Origin: an uncultured Gemmatimonadales bacterium
GTDB taxonomy: Bacteria; Gemmatimonadota; Gemmatimonadetes; Gemmatimonadales; Gemmatimonadaceae
Reading direction: 5' to 3'
Assembly (NCBI GenBank): GCA_963851265.1
Contig: CAWKNZ010000001.1
Coordinates: 1-64,000 of the forward strand
Length of the DNA: 64,000 nucleotides
The notes beneath the pieces were generated by a model. That model saw nothing but the letters and a program-made list of their open reading frames with translations. It did not search any database and was not told the origin of the DNA. Position numbers and translations under genes: made by a program. Below are positions 10,016-19,975 of this stretch, in pieces (position 1 is the first letter of the stretch; each line of letters begins with the position of its first letter).

Positions 10016-11131
10016 TCAGTCCATCAATCGCAGCGGCATCACCAGGCACAGGTACTTCGCCGGATCGCTCCACCCCTCCGGCTCGAGCGTCGCCGCCCGC
10101 TCGGGCGCGCGGAACGTCAGCTTCACCTCGTCCGTCGGCACGTAGCGCAGGATCTCGAGCAGGTAGCTCGCGTTGAAGCCGATGTCGAGCGGGTCGCCGT
10201 CGTAGCGGATGGGCAGCTCGTCGGCGGCCTCGCCCAGGTCTGGGGTCTGGACGGCGAACTTGAGCATGCCGGCGTTGAACGACAGGCGGATGCGGTGCGT
10301 CTGGTCGGAGGCGATCACCGACATGCGCCGCAGCGCCGACATGAGCGCGCCCTTGTCGGCGTACGCGACCTTGTCGTTGTCTTTCGGGATGACCTGCTCG
10401 TAATTCGGGTACGGGCCCTCGATGAGGCGCGTGTACACCGACGTGGTGGGCGAGCGGAAGCCGAGGTGGTTGTCGCCGCGGGCGATCTCGAGCTCGACGT
10501 CGGCGGGGAAGAGCTTGCGGATCTGGTCGAGCGCCTTGGGCGGGACGATCAGGTCGCCCGTCTGCGCGCCGCCGCCCTCGCCCGCCGGCAGCTCCATGCG
10601 CGCGAGGCGGTGGCCGTTGGTGGCGACCATGCGCATGCGCTCGGGGCGCAGCTCCCAGAGCACGCCGTTGAGGATCGGGCGGCTCTCCTCGGTCGAGACG
10701 GCGAACGCGGTGTGCTGGATGAGCTTCTGCAGGTCGCCGCTCTTGATCTTCCAGCTGTCGTCGAACTTGACGGCGGGGAAGGCGGGGAACTCGTCGCGCG
10801 GGAGGCCCAGGAGCTTGAAGCGCGCCCGGCCGCATTCGAGGGTGATGCGCTGCTCGCCGGCGGCCGCCACCTTGACGGGCGAGGGGGGCAGCTCGCGGGC
10901 GATCTCCTGCAGCTTCTTGGCGGGGATGGTGATCGCGCCCGGCGTCTCGACGTCGGCCGGCACCTCGGTGCTCACCGCGATGTCGAGGTCGGTGCCGGCG
11001 AGGCGGATGCCGCGCTCGGTGGTCTCGACGAGGAGGTTGGCGAGGACCGGGAGGGTCGTCTTGGCGGGGATGCTCGCCGCGACGGCGCCGAGTCCTTCCT
11101 GAAGCTTTTCGCGCGAGATCGTGAAGCGCAT
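10016..11131 (-). CDS. dnaN: DNA polymerase III beta clamp
   Basis: MRFTISREKL...TTLPVLANLL...TDLDIAV...ESRPILNGV...VATNGHRLA...IEGPYPNYEQVIP...IGFNASYL...LVMPLR. Confidence 0.98.
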   Translation of the reverse strand: MRFTISREKLQEGLGAVAASIPAKTTLPVLANLLVETTERGIRLAGTDLDIAVSTEVPADVETPGAITIPAKKLQEIARELPPSPVKVAAAGEQRITLECGRARFKLLGLPRDEFPAFPAVKFDDSWKIKSGDLQKLIQHTAFAVSTEESRPILNGVLWELRPERMRMVATNGHRLARMELPAGEGGGAQTGDLIVPPKALDQIRKLFPADVELEIARGDNHLGFRSPTTSVYTRLIEGPYPNYEQVIPKDNDKVAYADKGALMSALRRMSVIASDQTHRIRLSFNAGMLKFAVQTPDLGEAADELPIRYDGDPLDIGFNASYLLEILRYVPTDEVKLTFRAPERAATLEPEGWSDPAKYLCLVMPLRLMD

Positions 11132-11184
11132 GCGGACCGGAGGGGGGCGCGCGTGAACGGATACGTCCACGCGTTCACGCGAAG

Positions 11185-11475
11185 CTGCTGTTAGTAGTCT
11201 GTCTTTTTAGATCAAAAGAACAGTGGTAACAGCAGAGGGTGTGGAGGGCGTCGAGAACGCGCGGAAGTTACGGCCGCGCTTGGGCTTCGGTAGTGGGAAT
11301 CCGCGGCGCCGCGGTGTGGAACGCCGGGGACTCGGGCGGGCGGTGGGGAGAACTCTGCGCCGCGCACGGCGGGCGTGTGGAGACCGTGTGGAGCGCGTGT
11401 GGACGAACGCACGCCCCGGTGTGGACAACTGCCTAATTCCGGAGAGTTTCCAACAATCCGCGGATCTTTTCCACA
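11185..11475. promoter_or_regulatory. oriC: oriC, unwinding half (DUE, DnaA-trios and DnaA boxes) between dnaA and dnaN
   Basis: AT-rich tract 11190-11235. Co-oriented TGTGGA boxes at 11240, 11315, 11376, 11387, 11398 and 11420 (TGTGGACAA). TTTTCCACA at 11467. Confidence 0.85.
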
Positions 11476-13021
11476 CGGGCGCGGAAGGCGTCTTCCTCCT
11501 GCATCATGGCGGCGGCGCGTTCGAGGGAGTGGATCACGGTGGAGTGATCGCGGCCGCCGAAGGCGTTGCCGATCTCGACCAGTTGCAGCGAGAGCAGCTC
11601 GCGGCAGAGGTACATCGCGACCTGGCGCGGTACGGTGAGCGTCTTCGTCCGCACCTTGCTCTGCAGCCCGTCGGGCGTCACCCGCCACTCGGCGGCCACG
11701 GCCTGCTGGATGACGAACGGGGTGAGCGGCGAGCCGGGAACGATTCCGTTCGGCGCGCGCACGGGCACGCCGGTGCGCGCCGATTCGGCCAGCATGCCGA
11801 CGGCCTCCTCGGAGCGGAGCTTGTCGCGGAGCGCCTCGTGCGCGAGGTCGAGCGTGACGTCGCGGCGTTTGAGCGACGCGAACGCGAGCAGCTTGACGAT
11901 CGCGCCTTCCAGCTCGCGCACGCTCGACTTCACGTGCTGGGCGATGAATTCGAGCACGCCGCGCGGGATGGTCGCCTGCAGGTGCTCCTGCCCGGCCTTC
12001 TGCTGCAGGATGGCGAGCCGGTCCTCGAACGCCGGCAGGTCGACGTGGGCGACCATGCCCCACTCGAAGCGGCTCACGAGGCGCGCCTCGAGGCCGGGGA
12101 TCTCCTTGGGCGGGCGGTCGCTCGTGAGGCAGATCTGGCGGCCGGCCTCGTAGATCGCGTTGAAGGTGTGGAAGAACTCTTCCTGCGTGCTCTCTTTACC
12201 GCGCAGGAACTGCACGTCGTCGACGAGGAGGAGGTCGGTTGCGCGATAGCGGCGGCGGAACTCGGGGGTGCTGCGGCTCTGCAGGGCGGCGATGAAGTCG
12301 TTCGTGAACTGCTCGGTGCCGACGTAGGTGATGCGCGTGGCCGGGTTGCGTTCGAGCATCGCGTGCGCGACGGCCTGCATCAGGTGCGTCTTGCCGAGCC
12401 CGGTGTCGCCGTAGATGAAGAGCGGGTTGTAGACGCGTCCCGGCGCCTCGGCGGCGCCCATCGACGCGGCCGCGGCGACGTCGTTGGACTTGCCGACGAC
12501 GAAGTTGGGAAAGGTGTAGCGCGGGTTGAGCGGCGCGGACGGCGGGGCGTCCTGGGCGGGCGCGGCACGCGGGGGCGGATAGGTCGCGGGTCCGCGCGTG
12601 TCGCGCGAGAGCGGCTCGCGGGTGACGACGGCGGGGGCGCCGAACGCGGCCGTGCTCGTCGGCGCCGTGCCCCCGTCATCGCGGCTGTCCCCGTCGTCAC
12701 GGCCCCCGCGGCCGTGACCGGCGCGACGGGCGCCTCGACGAAGAAGTCGATCTGCGGGCGGGTCTTGAGCGCGTCGTCGACCTGGAAGGTCACCTCGAGC
12801 GGGTGGCCGAGCGCGACGGGCGCGTAGCTCGCCAGGAGGGGCGCGTGCTTCGACTCATTCCACTCGGCCGAAAACCGGTCCGGGGTGCCGACGACAAGCC
12901 GGCGACCGTCCACGGCAAGCGGGGCCGTGGGCTCGAGCCAGGTGCGGAACGTTTGTTCCGGCAGTTCCTGGCGAGCCCGGGCGAGGAGGCGGTCCCAGAC
13001 TTCGGCGGCCGTGAGTGACAT
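11433..13021 (-). CDS. dnaA: Replication initiator DnaA with one frameshift in the domain II linker
   Basis: Domain I in ORF 12380-13021 (EQTFRTWLEPT). LNPRYTFPNFVVGKSN, YNPLFIYGDTGLGKTHL and GGRDHSTVIHS are in another frame. One added base in the C-run at 12670-12674 restores a 529-aa frame. Confidence 0.97.
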
Positions 13022-13082
13022 GACGGGCGGGTGCGACGAACGAACCGATCGGGCGAGCGGGGGCGCGAACGTACGACGCGAA

Positions 13083-13154
13083 TGTGGAAAAAGTCAATTC
13101 TTCCACATCGCCCTTGCTCGCATTCACGGTCTTTCCACATCGCGCTGTGGGAAA
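13083..13154. promoter_or_regulatory. DnaA-box cluster upstream of dnaA
   Basis: TGTGGAAAA (13083), TCTTCCACA (13099), CTTTCCACA (13131), TGTGGGAAA (13146). Confidence 0.8.
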
Positions 13155-13359
13155 CGCATGGAAGTGCATGTGGGGCCACGACCTACGCGTTCGTAGCAGG
13201 GCCGCGTGCGCTTGACCCGGTGGGCCGATCCGGCTAGGATTGCGGGCGACGTCGGCGGCCGGGTGCGGATCGCGCACTGCCGCCGGCGTTCGTCGTTTCG
13301 TCGGGCCGACTGGTCAGACCGACGTTCGTTCACCTCGCTTCCACCCGCTGGAGTTCGTC

Positions 13360-13527
13360 ATGGGCAAGCCCACCTACCGCCCCCGCAACAAGCGCCGCGC
13401 GCGCACGCACGGATTCCGTGCGCGCATGGCGGACAAGTGGGGGCGCGAAGTGCTGAGCCGCCGCCGCAAGAAGGGGCGCAAGCGTCTCACCGTTCAGATC
13501 CCGACCAAGTACACGGCGGGCGCCTGA
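13360..13527 (+). CDS. rpmH: 50S ribosomal protein L34
   Basis: [23 protein letters not shown]...[16 protein letters not shown] with a GGAG RBS. Confidence 0.98.
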   Translation: MGKPTYRPRNKRRARTHGFRARMADKWGREVLSRRRKKGRKRLTVQIPTKYTAGA

Positions 13528-14042
13528 CGGGCAGTTCGACCGACGGTCGCGCGAGCGGGGGTGCGCACGCCGGCCAGCGGCCGGCAGGGAATACGTTCCC
13601 GCGCCCGCGCCGGGTGACGCGGGGGCGCGAGTTGGACGTCCTCCGACGCGAAGGGAAGCGGGTCCGGACCGAGCATCTCGACGTCCGGGTTCTCGCTTCC
13701 CTTCCCGCGTTTCACGGGCCGGGGGCGCCCGCTGCGGTGCCGATCGCGCCCGCGGAACCCGTGGCGCGGGTTGGGATCGTCGTCCCGAAGCACAAGCATT
13801 CGGGGGTGGAGCGGAACCTCGTGAAACGGCGCCTGCGCGAGCTCGCGCGGCTGCGGCTGCTCCCCGTGTTGCCCGGCGGCGCGGTGCTGCTGCGGGCACG
13901 TCCGGAGGCGTACGGGGCGTCGTTCGACGCGCTCGCGCGCGACGTGGAGCGGGCGGGGCGTGAGGCGACGCGGTGGTTGCAGGCGCGGCCCGCATCGTCC
14001 ACCGCGCCGAGTTCGGCTCCGCCGGGTATCACGCCGCCATGA
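13524..14042 (+). CDS. rnpA: RNase P protein component (start uncertain)
   Basis: [12 protein letters not shown]..., [25 protein letters not shown] (RNR-like motif), and synteny. Confidence 0.9.
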   Translation: MTGSSTDGRASGGAHAGQRPAGNTFPRPRRVTRGRELDVLRREGKRVRTEHLDVRVLASLPAFHGPGAPAAVPIAPAEPVARVGIVVPKHKHSGVERNLVKRRLRELARLRLLPVLPGGAVLLRARPEAYGASFDALARDVERAGREATRWLQARPASSTAPSSAPPGITPP

Positions 14043-14359
14043 TGGATGCCACGACGGACGCCGCCGCCCCGCCCGGCGACGGCTCGCCCGGACCCGCCGT
14101 ACGCCGGGCCACCCTGCCCCAGGGCGCCCCTGCGAGCGCGCCCGGGATCGTGGCGCGTCTGCTCGTGCTCGGCGTGCGCGGCTATCAGGTCGCGCTCTCG
14201 CCGATGCTCGGCGGCCAGTGCCGGTATTTTCCGACCTGCTCCGCGTACGGCATCGAGGCGCTGGAGCGGCACGGAGCGGCGCGCGGCTCGTGGCTGACCG
14301 TGCGGCGCATCGGGCGGTGTCATCCGTTCCGGCCGGGCGGGTTCGATCCGGTGCCGTGA
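14039..14359 (+). CDS. yidD: Membrane protein insertion efficiency factor
   Basis: [35 protein letters not shown]...[13 protein letters not shown]. Confidence 0.96.
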   Translation: MMDATTDAAAPPGDGSPGPAVRRATLPQGAPASAPGIVARLLVLGVRGYQVALSPMLGGQCRYFPTCSAYGIEALERHGAARGSWLTVRRIGRCHPFRPGGFDPVP

Positions 14360-14495
14360 GGGGCGCAGCGCGCCCGATGCGCATTCGTCGCCCCTGACAC
14401 GTTCGGACCGCTGACACGTTCTGATCTCTGACGTTTGCGGCGGGCTCGCCCCGTCGTCCGCGGCGCACGTGCGCCGCCCTTCTCTCTTCTCCCGC

Positions 14496-16355
14496 ATGGA
14501 CACGAATCGCCGGTTCCTGATCGCCGTCGCGCTCTCGATTCTCGTTTTCCTCGGCGTTCAGTTCCTCTTCCCGTCCCCGCCACAGCGCGCGGTGCCGGTG
14601 GCGGCCACGCCCGCGTCGGCGCCCGCCGTGGCCGGCGCGCCCGGCGCGCCCGCTCTCCCACCGGGCACGGCCGCGACCGCCGTGGCGGCGCAGCCCGGCG
14701 TGGGCGGCCAGACGACGGCCCAGGTCGCCGCGCCGGTCGAGACGACGGTGGTTGCCGGAACCCGGGCCGCGTACGCGGTGAGCTCGCAGGGCGCCGCGCT
14801 CGTCGGGGCGGAGATGCGCCGCTTCCCGAACCTGCGCGAGGTGCCGAAGCTGCGCGGCGCGCAGAAGGGTGACGCCGCGCCCTCGGAGCAGCCGCCGGTG
14901 CAGTTCGCCCGGCCGGGCGACGCGCTGCTCTCGTACCGCATGGTGATCGCGGGCGACACGGTGCCGCTGGCGCGGACGGTGTTCCGCCGCGCGCCCACGG
15001 GCGTGATGCCCGCCAACGGCGCGACGGTGCAGGAGATCCGCCTCGACGGCACCGCGACGACGCGCGCCGGCGTCTCGCTGCCGGTGGCGATCACGTACAC
15101 GTTCGCGCCCGACAGCTACACGGTGCGTGTGCGCGCCGACGCTCAGACGGCGGCCGGGCCGGCGTACCTGCTCGTCGACCTGCCGCCGACCTTCGCGGTG
15201 AGCGAGCGCGACACGCTCGACCACTACACGCACCTCGCGTACACGTGGAAGCAGAGCCGCGGGTCGGCGAAGAGCCAGGCATTCGCGAAGCTCGACCCGG
15301 GGCAGCACGACACCGTGGCCGGTCCGCTCGACTGGGCGGTGGCGAAGAGCAAGTACTTCCTGCTGGGCGTGCTCGCGCCGCGCGGGACGGGGGAGAACGC
15401 GGTGGCGCAGCCGTTCGGCGGGCTGATGCTCGTGGGCGGCGCGCGGACGACCAAGGTCGCCGAGCGCGCGCAGGCCACGCTCGTCGTGCCGATGTCGGCG
15501 CCGGGCACCATCGCGGGGGGCGGCACGTCGGCGCAGTTCGACGTTTACGCGGGGCCGCAGGAGTGGCGGCGCCTCGTCGCCCAGGGGCGCGCGTTCGAGG
15601 AGTCGAACCCCTACGGCGGCTGGCTGCAGGGGGTGGTGCAGCCGTTCGCGACGCTCGCCATCCGCGCCATCCTCTGGATGCACGACGCGCTCAAGCTCTC
15701 CTACGGCTGGGTGCTCGTCGCGCTCGGCGTGGGCATCCGGCTCGTGCTCTGGCCGCTGCAGCAGAACATGATGCGCAACCAGATCAAGATGCAGCGCGTG
15801 CAGCCGGAGATTCAGCTCGTGCAGTCGAAGTACAAGAACGACCCGCAGCGGCTGCAGCAGGAGATGGTGAAGGTGTATGCGGCGCACGGCATGACGCCGT
15901 TCGCGCCGCTCACCGGCTGCCTGCCGATGCTGATCCCGCTGCCGATCTTCTTCGCGCTGTTCTTCGTCTTCCAGAACACGATCGAGTTCCGGGGCGTGCC
16001 GTTCCTGTGGCTCGGCGACATCTCGCTGAAGGACCCGTTCTACGCGCTGCCGGTGCTGGTCGCGGCGACGCAGTTCCTGATCTCGTGGATCGGCATGCGG
16101 GGGCTGCCGCCCAACCCGCAGACGCAGATGATGGGCTACGTCGCTCCGGCGATGTTCCTGTTCTTCTTCCTGAACGTGGCGTCGGGGCTCAACCTGTACT
16201 ACCTGACGCAGAACATCGTCATGCTGCCGCAGCAGTGGTTGCTGGCCAAGGAGCGGGCGAAGGCGGGGGTCGGCGGCGCGGGCAGCGGGCCGACGGCCGT
16301 GGCGGCCAAGCCGATCGTCCAGGGGACGCCGGTGCGGAAGCCTCGCACGGCGTAG
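14496..16355 (+). CDS. yidC: Membrane protein insertase YidC
   Basis: N-terminal TM, periplasmic domain, YGWVLVALGVGIRLVLWPL, GCLPMLIPLPIFFALF, FLWLGDISLKDP, SGLNLYY. Confidence 0.97.
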   Translation: MDTNRRFLIAVALSILVFLGVQFLFPSPPQRAVPVAATPASAPAVAGAPGAPALPPGTAATAVAAQPGVGGQTTAQVAAPVETTVVAGTRAAYAVSSQGAALVGAEMRRFPNLREVPKLRGAQKGDAAPSEQPPVQFARPGDALLSYRMVIAGDTVPLARTVFRRAPTGVMPANGATVQEIRLDGTATTRAGVSLPVAITYTFAPDSYTVRVRADAQTAAGPAYLLVDLPPTFAVSERDTLDHYTHLAYTWKQSRGSAKSQAFAKLDPGQHDTVAGPLDWAVAKSKYFLLGVLAPRGTGENAVAQPFGGLMLVGGARTTKVAERAQATLVVPMSAPGTIAGGGTSAQFDVYAGPQEWRRLVAQGRAFEESNPYGGWLQGVVQPFATLAIRAILWMHDALKLSYGWVLVALGVGIRLVLWPLQQNMMRNQIKMQRVQPEIQLVQSKYKNDPQRLQQEMVKVYAAHGMTPFAPLTGCLPMLIPLPIFFALFFVFQNTIEFRGVPFLWLGDISLKDPFYALPVLVAATQFLISWIGMRGLPPNPQTQMMGYVAPAMFLFFFLNVASGLNLYYLTQNIVMLPQQWLLAKERAKAGVGGAGSGPTAVAAKPIVQGTPVRKPRTA

Positions 16356-16444
16356 CGGGTCGCCGCGCGGCGGCGACGCGGTGAGGGGGCGGGATCCGAT
16401 CGCGGATCCCGCCCCCTCGTGCGTATGGGCCGCGCGTCCGACGG

Positions 16445-16867
16445 TCAGCGCGCGATGCGCGTGCTGTCGGACGCGGCGGGCGCGGCGGGCGCGGACGCGG
16501 CGGGCGAGGGCGCGACGTAGCCGAGCCGTTCGAGTGGAATGCCGAGTTGGGCAGACGGAGCGCTGTTGGCACAGGTGGTGGTCACGTGGAGTGGCGTGTA
16601 GATGCCGTACGTGATCGCGCCGACGAGCCCGTTGAGAAAGCTCTGCTGGGTCTCGACGCGGGCGACGCCGCCCGGACACTGGCGGGTGACGTCGATCTGG
16701 GCGGCGGGGACGAGGCCGAAGACGAACGTGCTGACCCAGGGCTTCTGGACGACCGTGGTGCCGGCGGGACGGCCGGTATCGACGGTGGCGTGAAAGCAGG
16801 CCGTGGCGGCCGAGAGCGCGGTGACGAGACCGAGGGTGGCCGCGACGCGCTTGACACTACGGGGCAT
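16445..16867 (-). CDS. Bor/Iss family lipoprotein
   Basis: Lipobox ATAC, then FVFGLV...CPGGVARVETQQSFLNGLVGAITYGIYTP. Confidence 0.8.
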   Translation of the reverse strand: MPRSVKRVAATLGLVTALSAATACFHATVDTGRPAGTTVVQKPWVSTFVFGLVPAAQIDVTRQCPGGVARVETQQSFLNGLVGAITYGIYTPLHVTTTCANSAPSAQLGIPLERLGYVAPSPAASAPAAPAASDSTRIAR

Positions 16868-16924
16868 GAGTGGCGGGCTGGGCTGTGGGGCGATCCGTGG
16901 GCGCCGACAACATGTAGCGGCGTT

Positions 16925-17812
16925 GTGACATGGCAGGCGTTACAGCCGAGGGCGGCGCGTGGCGCACGGCGTGCATTTCCGGCCCGGGTGTACGTCACCT
17001 ACGTCGGCCACGCGACGCTGCTGCTGGAGCTCGGCGGCGCGACGCTGCTCACCGACCCGAACTTCGACGACGCGTTAGGCCCACTCGCCGTCGGCCGGCG
17101 GCTGCGGCGCGTGGCCGCACCCGGCGTCGCGCTCGGGGACCTGCCGCGGCTGGACGCGGTCCTGGTGACGCACGCGCACGTCGACCACCTGTCGCTCGCG
17201 TCGCTGCGCGCGATCGACGCGCGCGCGGACGCGCGGGGCGCGCCGCGGCCGCCGGTGCTCGCGCCGCCGACGGTCGCGCGCTGGCTGCGCGCCGAGGGGT
17301 TCGCGACGGCCGAGTCGCTCGCGCCCGGCGAGGTGCGGCGCGTGGGCGAGGTCGCGGTGCACACGGCGGCCGCGGCGCACGTGGGGGCGCGGTGGGGCGC
17401 GGTGGACCGGGTGCGCGGGCGCATCGAGGCGCAGCACTACCTGCTGGACGCGGGCGCGGGCGGCACGGCGTTCTTCGCGAGCGACACGGGCCTCGCGCCC
17501 GGCACGCACCGCCTCGCCCGCGAGGCGCTCGGCCGTCGCGCGCTCGACCTGGCGCTGCTGCCCATCGGGTACACGCCGGCGTGGAAGCGGGCGCGGTTCC
17601 GCGCGGGGCACCTCACCGCGGCCGACGCGCTGGAGCTGTTCACCCGGCTCGGGGCGCGGTGGATGGTGCCGCACCACTGGGGCACCTTCAACCACGTGAC
17701 GTCGGACGCGTACGGGGCGGTCGAGGAGCTGCGCGGGCTGGTGCCGGCGCATGCGTTAGGCGGGAGGGTGCGGGTGGTGGGGGTGGGGGAGCGGTTCGAG
17801 GTGCCGCGGTGA
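16925..17812 (+). CDS. Metallo-beta-lactamase-fold hydrolase (start uncertain)
   Basis: TYVGHATLLL, LTDPNF, THAHVDHL, FASDTG, LPIG, PHHWGTF. Confidence 0.9.
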   Translation: MTWQALQPRAARGARRAFPARVYVTYVGHATLLLELGGATLLTDPNFDDALGPLAVGRRLRRVAAPGVALGDLPRLDAVLVTHAHVDHLSLASLRAIDARADARGAPRPPVLAPPTVARWLRAEGFATAESLAPGEVRRVGEVAVHTAAAAHVGARWGAVDRVRGRIEAQHYLLDAGAGGTAFFASDTGLAPGTHRLAREALGRRALDLALLPIGYTPAWKRARFRAGHLTAADALELFTRLGARWMVPHHWGTFNHVTSDAYGAVEELRGLVPAHALGGRVRVVGVGERFEVPR

Positions 17813-17887
17813 GCTCGGGGGGCGCGGGGCGGCGGGGTCGCGCGTGTCGTCGGCCGGCCCCCGCCCTACGGCCCCAACCCGAGGTCT

Positions 17888-19843
17888 CTACCGATACCCC
17901 ACCGCCTGCAGCCCGAACAGCTCGGCGTACTCTCCTCCCGCCTCGAGCAGCGCGTCGTGCGACCCCTCCTCCACCACCCCGCCGCCGCCTAACACCACGA
18001 TCCGGTCGGCCATCCGCACCGTCGAGAAGCGGTGCGAGATGAGCACGGCCGTGCGCCCCGCCACCAGCTCGGCGAAGCGCTCGAACACCTCGAACTCGGC
18101 GCGCGCGTCGAGCGCCGCGGTGGGCTCGTCGAGCACGAGCACCTGGGCGTCGCGCAGGTAGGCGCGGGCGAGGGCGACCTTTTGCCACTCGCCGCCCGAG
18201 AGGTCCACGCCGCCGTCGAAGCGGCGGCCTAACATCTGGCGGTAGCCGGCCGGCAGCTTGGGCAGCAGCGTCGCGGCGAGCGAGCGCTCGGCGGCGTCGC
18301 GGATCGGGGCCGGCGTGTCGCCGCCCGGGGCGGCCGCGTCGAGCACCGCCACCTCGCCCACGCCGACGTTCTCGTCGAAGGCGAAGTCGTAGCGCACGAA
18401 GTCCTGGAAGATCACGCCCACGGTCGCGCGCAGCGACGCGAGGTCGTAGTCGCGCAGGTCGACGCCGTCGAGCAGGATGCGCCCCTCGGTGGGTTCGTAG
18501 AGGCGCGCGAGGAGCTTGGTGAGCGTGGTCTTCCCCGCCCCGTTCTCGCCGACGAGGGCGACGCGCTCGCCCGCGCGGATCGCGAGGTCGACGTGGCGCA
18601 CCGCCCAGCGCTCGCTGCCCGGGTAGCGGAAGCCGACGTCCTCGAAGCGGAAGCCCTCGCGGATGGGCGTCGGCACGGGCAGCGCGCCGGGCCGCGAGGC
18701 GATCGTCGGCTGCATCGCGAAGAACTCGAACAGGTCGCCGAGGTAGAGCGCCTGCTCGGCGACGTCGCTCGCGGAGCCGAGCAGGCGGCCGAGCAGGTCG
18801 CGCCCGCGGGCGAAGGCGCCGGCGAGGAAGGTGAGCGTGCCTAACGAGATCACGCCCGCCGCGGCGCGCACGAGGATGAGGACGTACGCGGCGTAGTAGC
18901 CGGCGGTGCTCAGCAGCCCCAGCGCGCCGCCCACCCCCGCGCGCCGCGCGGCGAGGCTCGCGTTCTCCGCGTCGAAGCGGTCGGCGAGGACGCGATACCG
19001 CCCGACCAGCCACGGCGCGAGCCCGAAGCTCTGCACCTCCTTCGCCGTCTTGTCGCTCGCGCCGACGTAGCGCAGGTAGTCGAGCTGCCGCCGTTCGGGG
19101 GTCCAGCGGAAGAGGAGCGAGTAGCCGAGCCCCGCGAAGTGCGTCTCGCCGACGAACGACGGGAGGATGGCCGCGACGAGGAGCAGCAGCAGCCGCCAGT
19201 CGAACGCGGCCATCGTCGCGACCAGGGAGGCGAGCGTCAGCGAGTCCTGCGCCATGCCCAGCAGTTGCGTGAAGAGGCCGATGCGTCCGGTCGTCTGCCG
19301 GCGGGCGCGCTCGAGCTTGTCGTAGAACGCCGGGTCCTCGAACTGCGCGAGGTCGAGCGTCGCGGCGTGCTCCATGAGGCGTATGCTCGTGCGGTTGCTG
19401 AAGCGGTCGCCGAGCAGCGATTCGAGCAGCGACGACGCGCGGCCGAGCAGGTCGCCGGCGACGACGAGGGCGACCTCGAGCGCGAGCAGGTGCCAGAGCC
19501 GCGTGAGGGCCGCGGCGTGCGCGGCCGCCGTCGGCGCCGCGGCCGCGCCGGCGGTCCGCGTGGCGGCGACCACGGCGTCGATGATGAGCTTCCCGACCCA
19601 GAGGGTGAGCACCGGGAAGGCGGCCCGCACGACCCGCAGCACCGCGACGCCTGCGGCGTAGCCGCGGTGCGTGCCCCAGACGAGGCGGAGGAGCGCTGGG
19701 ACGTGGCGGAGCGCGCGGAAGCGCTCGCGCCAGGTCGGCGTGGGTGCGTCGTCGGGGCGCGCCGGGCGGCCCGGGGTGACGGGGCCGTTCACCGGGCCGT
19801 TGATACGATTGCTGTGTCGGCCGTTGGCGCGAGTGGGAGGCAT
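17888..19843 (-). CDS. ABC transporter, fused permease and ATPase
   Basis: TM domain, Walker A GENGAGKT, signature LSGGEWQK, VLDEPT, ISHR. Confidence 0.95.
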   Translation of the reverse strand: MPPTRANGRHSNRINGPVNGPVTPGRPARPDDAPTPTWRERFRALRHVPALLRLVWGTHRGYAAGVAVLRVVRAAFPVLTLWVGKLIIDAVVAATRTAGAAAAPTAAAHAAALTRLWHLLALEVALVVAGDLLGRASSLLESLLGDRFSNRTSIRLMEHAATLDLAQFEDPAFYDKLERARRQTTGRIGLFTQLLGMAQDSLTLASLVATMAAFDWRLLLLLVAAILPSFVGETHFAGLGYSLLFRWTPERRQLDYLRYVGASDKTAKEVQSFGLAPWLVGRYRVLADRFDAENASLAARRAGVGGALGLLSTAGYYAAYVLILVRAAAGVISLGTLTFLAGAFARGRDLLGRLLGSASDVAEQALYLGDLFEFFAMQPTIASRPGALPVPTPIREGFRFEDVGFRYPGSERWAVRHVDLAIRAGERVALVGENGAGKTTLTKLLARLYEPTEGRILLDGVDLRDYDLASLRATVGVIFQDFVRYDFAFDENVGVGEVAVLDAAAPGGDTPAPIRDAAERSLAATLLPKLPAGYRQMLGRRFDGGVDLSGGEWQKVALARAYLRDAQVLVLDEPTAALDARAEFEVFERFAELVAGRTAVLISHRFSTVRMADRIVVLGGGGVVEEGSHDALLEAGGEYAELFGLQAVGYR

Positions 19844-19975
19844 CTCCCGGAACCTACGGAGCCCCGTCGAACGCCGGCATCAGGTGTTCGGGGGAGTGCG
19901 GGCAGGTGCCGCGGGCGGGGCGTACCTGTGGCGCTACATGTCGCGCAGTTGCCGGGCAGCCCGTATACTCGCCGG

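Noticed and set aside
13494..16679. 1,061-aa minus-strand ORF and many similar long Arg/Ala-rich ORFs (e.g. 11223-12827, 48259-50724, 61025-63211)
   Set aside because: They are shadow frames of real genes, caused by stop-codon scarcity at very high GC, and show no recognisable motifs.
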